The translations under genes were made by a program, and so were the position numbers. Shown piece after piece: positions 61,923 through 64,000 of a stretch of DNA of 64,000 nucleotides (position 1 is its first letter; every line of letters begins with the position of its first letter). The stretch spans positions 101,928,001-101,992,000 of the forward strand of contig NC_135810.1 of assembly GCF_964213995.1 (NCBI RefSeq), written 5' to 3'. The notes under the pieces are model-generated. The model did not search any database. It was not told the origin of the DNA and saw only the letters and a list, made by a program, of their open reading frames with translations. This stretch comes from Mustelus asterias. Lineage: Eukaryota.

Positions 61923-62276
61923 AGAATCATGGAAATCCTACAGTGTAGAAGAGGCCATCTGGTCCATCAAGTCTGCACCAATTCTCTGCTAGAATATCTT
62001 ACCCAGGCCCTCTCCCCTGTGCTATCCCCATACATTTCCCTTGGTTAATCGATCTAAGATGCACATCTTTGGATATAAGGAGCAATTTAGCATGGCCGAT
62101 CCAGCTACTTCCACAATCTTTGGACTGTGGGAGGAAACCAGAGCACCCTGAGGAAGACACCCACGCAGACACAGGGAGACTGTGCAAACTCCACACAGTC
62201 ACCCAAGGTGGGAATTGAACCCGGGCACCTGGCGCTGAGAGGCAGCAGTGCTAACAACTGTACCACATTGCTGCCC
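61923..62276 (-). mobile_element. HE1-type V-SINE (tail A), diverged
   Basis: Reverse complement of head, V-domain and tail. Confidence 0.85.
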
Positions 62277-62439
62277 ATAGTACAACCACGGAGTTATAAT
62301 ATTTTCACAAAACAGCTTAAATTTAAAACCACTTCCTTATCTGTATAATTAGTGTGCACTTAAATAATTAAATAGCGCAGACTGCTATTGTGCTGGTTTC
62401 TATTTTGGCACTGACCCTCCACTTCCTCCTCCATCGCCC

Positions 62440-63055
62440 ACTTAACAACAGAAGGCCACCCCTCCCTGCAACAACTAAAGGTCATTCTTCACCTTCAGCC
62501 AACCCCAAAATAACTCAAGAGCATCCCCCCCACCTTCTCACAACTAATGGGCATCTCCTCCCCCCCACCTGACAATAACTACAGGGCATCTCCCTCCCTC
62601 ACAATAACTAAAGGGCATTTCCCCCCGTCACAATAACTAAAGGGTATCTCCTGCCTCAGAACAACAAAGGACATAGCTCCTGCCCCTCACAAAGGGCATC
62701 TCCCCCACCCCTCCACACAACAACGAAAGGGCATCTCCCCCCCTCACAATAACTAAAGGGCATCTTTCCCCCCACCCCCTCCCACCGCCTCACAACAACT
62801 AAAAGGCATCTCATCCTCTGAGAACAACAAAGGACACGTCCCCTGCGCTTCACAAAGGGCATCTCCCCCATCCCTCCACACAACGACGAACGGGCATTTC
62901 CCCTACCACTGTCCCAAACCACAACACCCGCAACAACTGAAGGCCACAGCCGACCAACCTAGCAACTGAAGGCTCCACCTCTCCCCATACTAAGTGAAGG
63001 CCATTCTCAGCTCTGTAGCCCCCACCACAACAACTGAAGACCACCACAACTGCCC
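62440..63055. repeat. C-rich minisatellite, about 30-bp unit (tcacaataactaaagggcatctccccc)
   Basis: More than 12 degenerate units, best conserved at 62535-62900. Confidence 0.85.
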
Positions 63056-63739
63056 ACCCTCTTGGCTCAACAACGTCTGCACACTCTCACATTTTCACTC
63101 TGGGGTCACGTCATACCAGGTCTGGGGCATTCAAATGGGGTCACGGCGGGAGAAAGTTAGGGAAGAACTGCTGTGTTCTGTTTGAATTTATGTAAGGGTT
63201 GAATCTGGATAAGAAGGTGACGTGGCTCTGGCTGGAATCAGAGACTGTTGCAGGTGTCCTTTAGCAAACAGCTATTTTGCTGACATTCAGTTACAGTAAG
63301 ATTTAAACATTCCACGGAAAGAATGAACCCATTATTGGTTTAAGTAAGACATAGTCGTTAGTCAGTTACTGGAAAACATTTTATCTATGTCCACATCATT
63401 ACATAATAATCATTGCAATCACACATTCAAAAACCAGCACAAATGCATCACTTACTTTTTTGTGTCTCTATGACACAAAGTGAAACGCTGTCCTTCTGAG
63501 CTACCACCCTTCTCTGAAAGGCAGCAAAACTCCTTTAGCTAAAAACTTGCCAACTGCGCAGTATTTTTGTGAATGAAAATCACGTCATCGGACAAGAATC
63601 GCATCAAAATTTTTAAAAAGCAAAATACAAGCCAATCAACAGATAAAAAAAACATTCCAAGATAACTTTGAAACAAAAACGAGTGAATGCCACCCTGAAA
63701 GAATCTGTGCAATCTACACGTCAGTTTCCACACATAGTC

Positions 63740-64000
63740 CATCATAGAATCCCTATAGTGCAGAAGGAGGCCATTTGGCCCATTGAGTCTGCACCGACCA
63801 CAATCCCACCCAGACCCTATCCCCATAACCCCATGTATTTACCCTGCTAATCTCCCTGACACTCAGGGGCAATTTAGCATTGCCAATCCACCTAACCCGC
63901 ACATTTTTGGACTGTGGGAGGAAACTGGAGCACCCGGAGGAAACCCACGCAGACAAGGGGAGAACGTGCTGACTCCGCACAGACAATGACCCAAGATGGG
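63740..64000 (-). mobile_element. HE1-type V-SINE (tail A), runs off the window end
   Basis: Reverse complement of tail and V-domain. Confidence 0.9.

Noticed and set aside
62535-62900. CRISPR-like array
   Set aside because: The context is eukaryotic, the units are degenerate and abutting with no unique spacers, and there are no cas genes; it is a minisatellite.

Overview
Eukaryotic, repeat-dense (roughly half interspersed repeats), apparently non-coding DNA from a cartilaginous fish. The HE1-type V-SINEs plus HER1/CR1, Rex1, L2, RTE and Penelope-like elements point to a shark; the region is probably a large intron or gene desert. I recognised no host protein-coding gene, tRNA gene, rRNA or CRISPR array. 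Nearly all ORFs in the track are SINE/LINE/MITE read-throughs or chance ORFs, and there is one assembly gap (29180-29405). The most interesting structure is sub-genic. (i) Four locus-specific duplications copy repeat/flank junctions: two inverted copies from <1 kb away inserted into older retroelements, one 82-bp direct copy, and one 207-bp copy from 45 kb away fused to a CR1 5' end. (ii) Three Penelope-like families carry minimal hammerhead-ribozyme cores, one with a predicted pseudoknot, and form fold-back palindromes. (iii) Two V-SINE families share a head but have different tails. (iv) One CR1 keeps ORF1 but has lost nearly all of ORF2. Family names come from recalled motifs, not database searches, and boundaries are approximate (about +/-10-30 bp unless a TSD is quoted).
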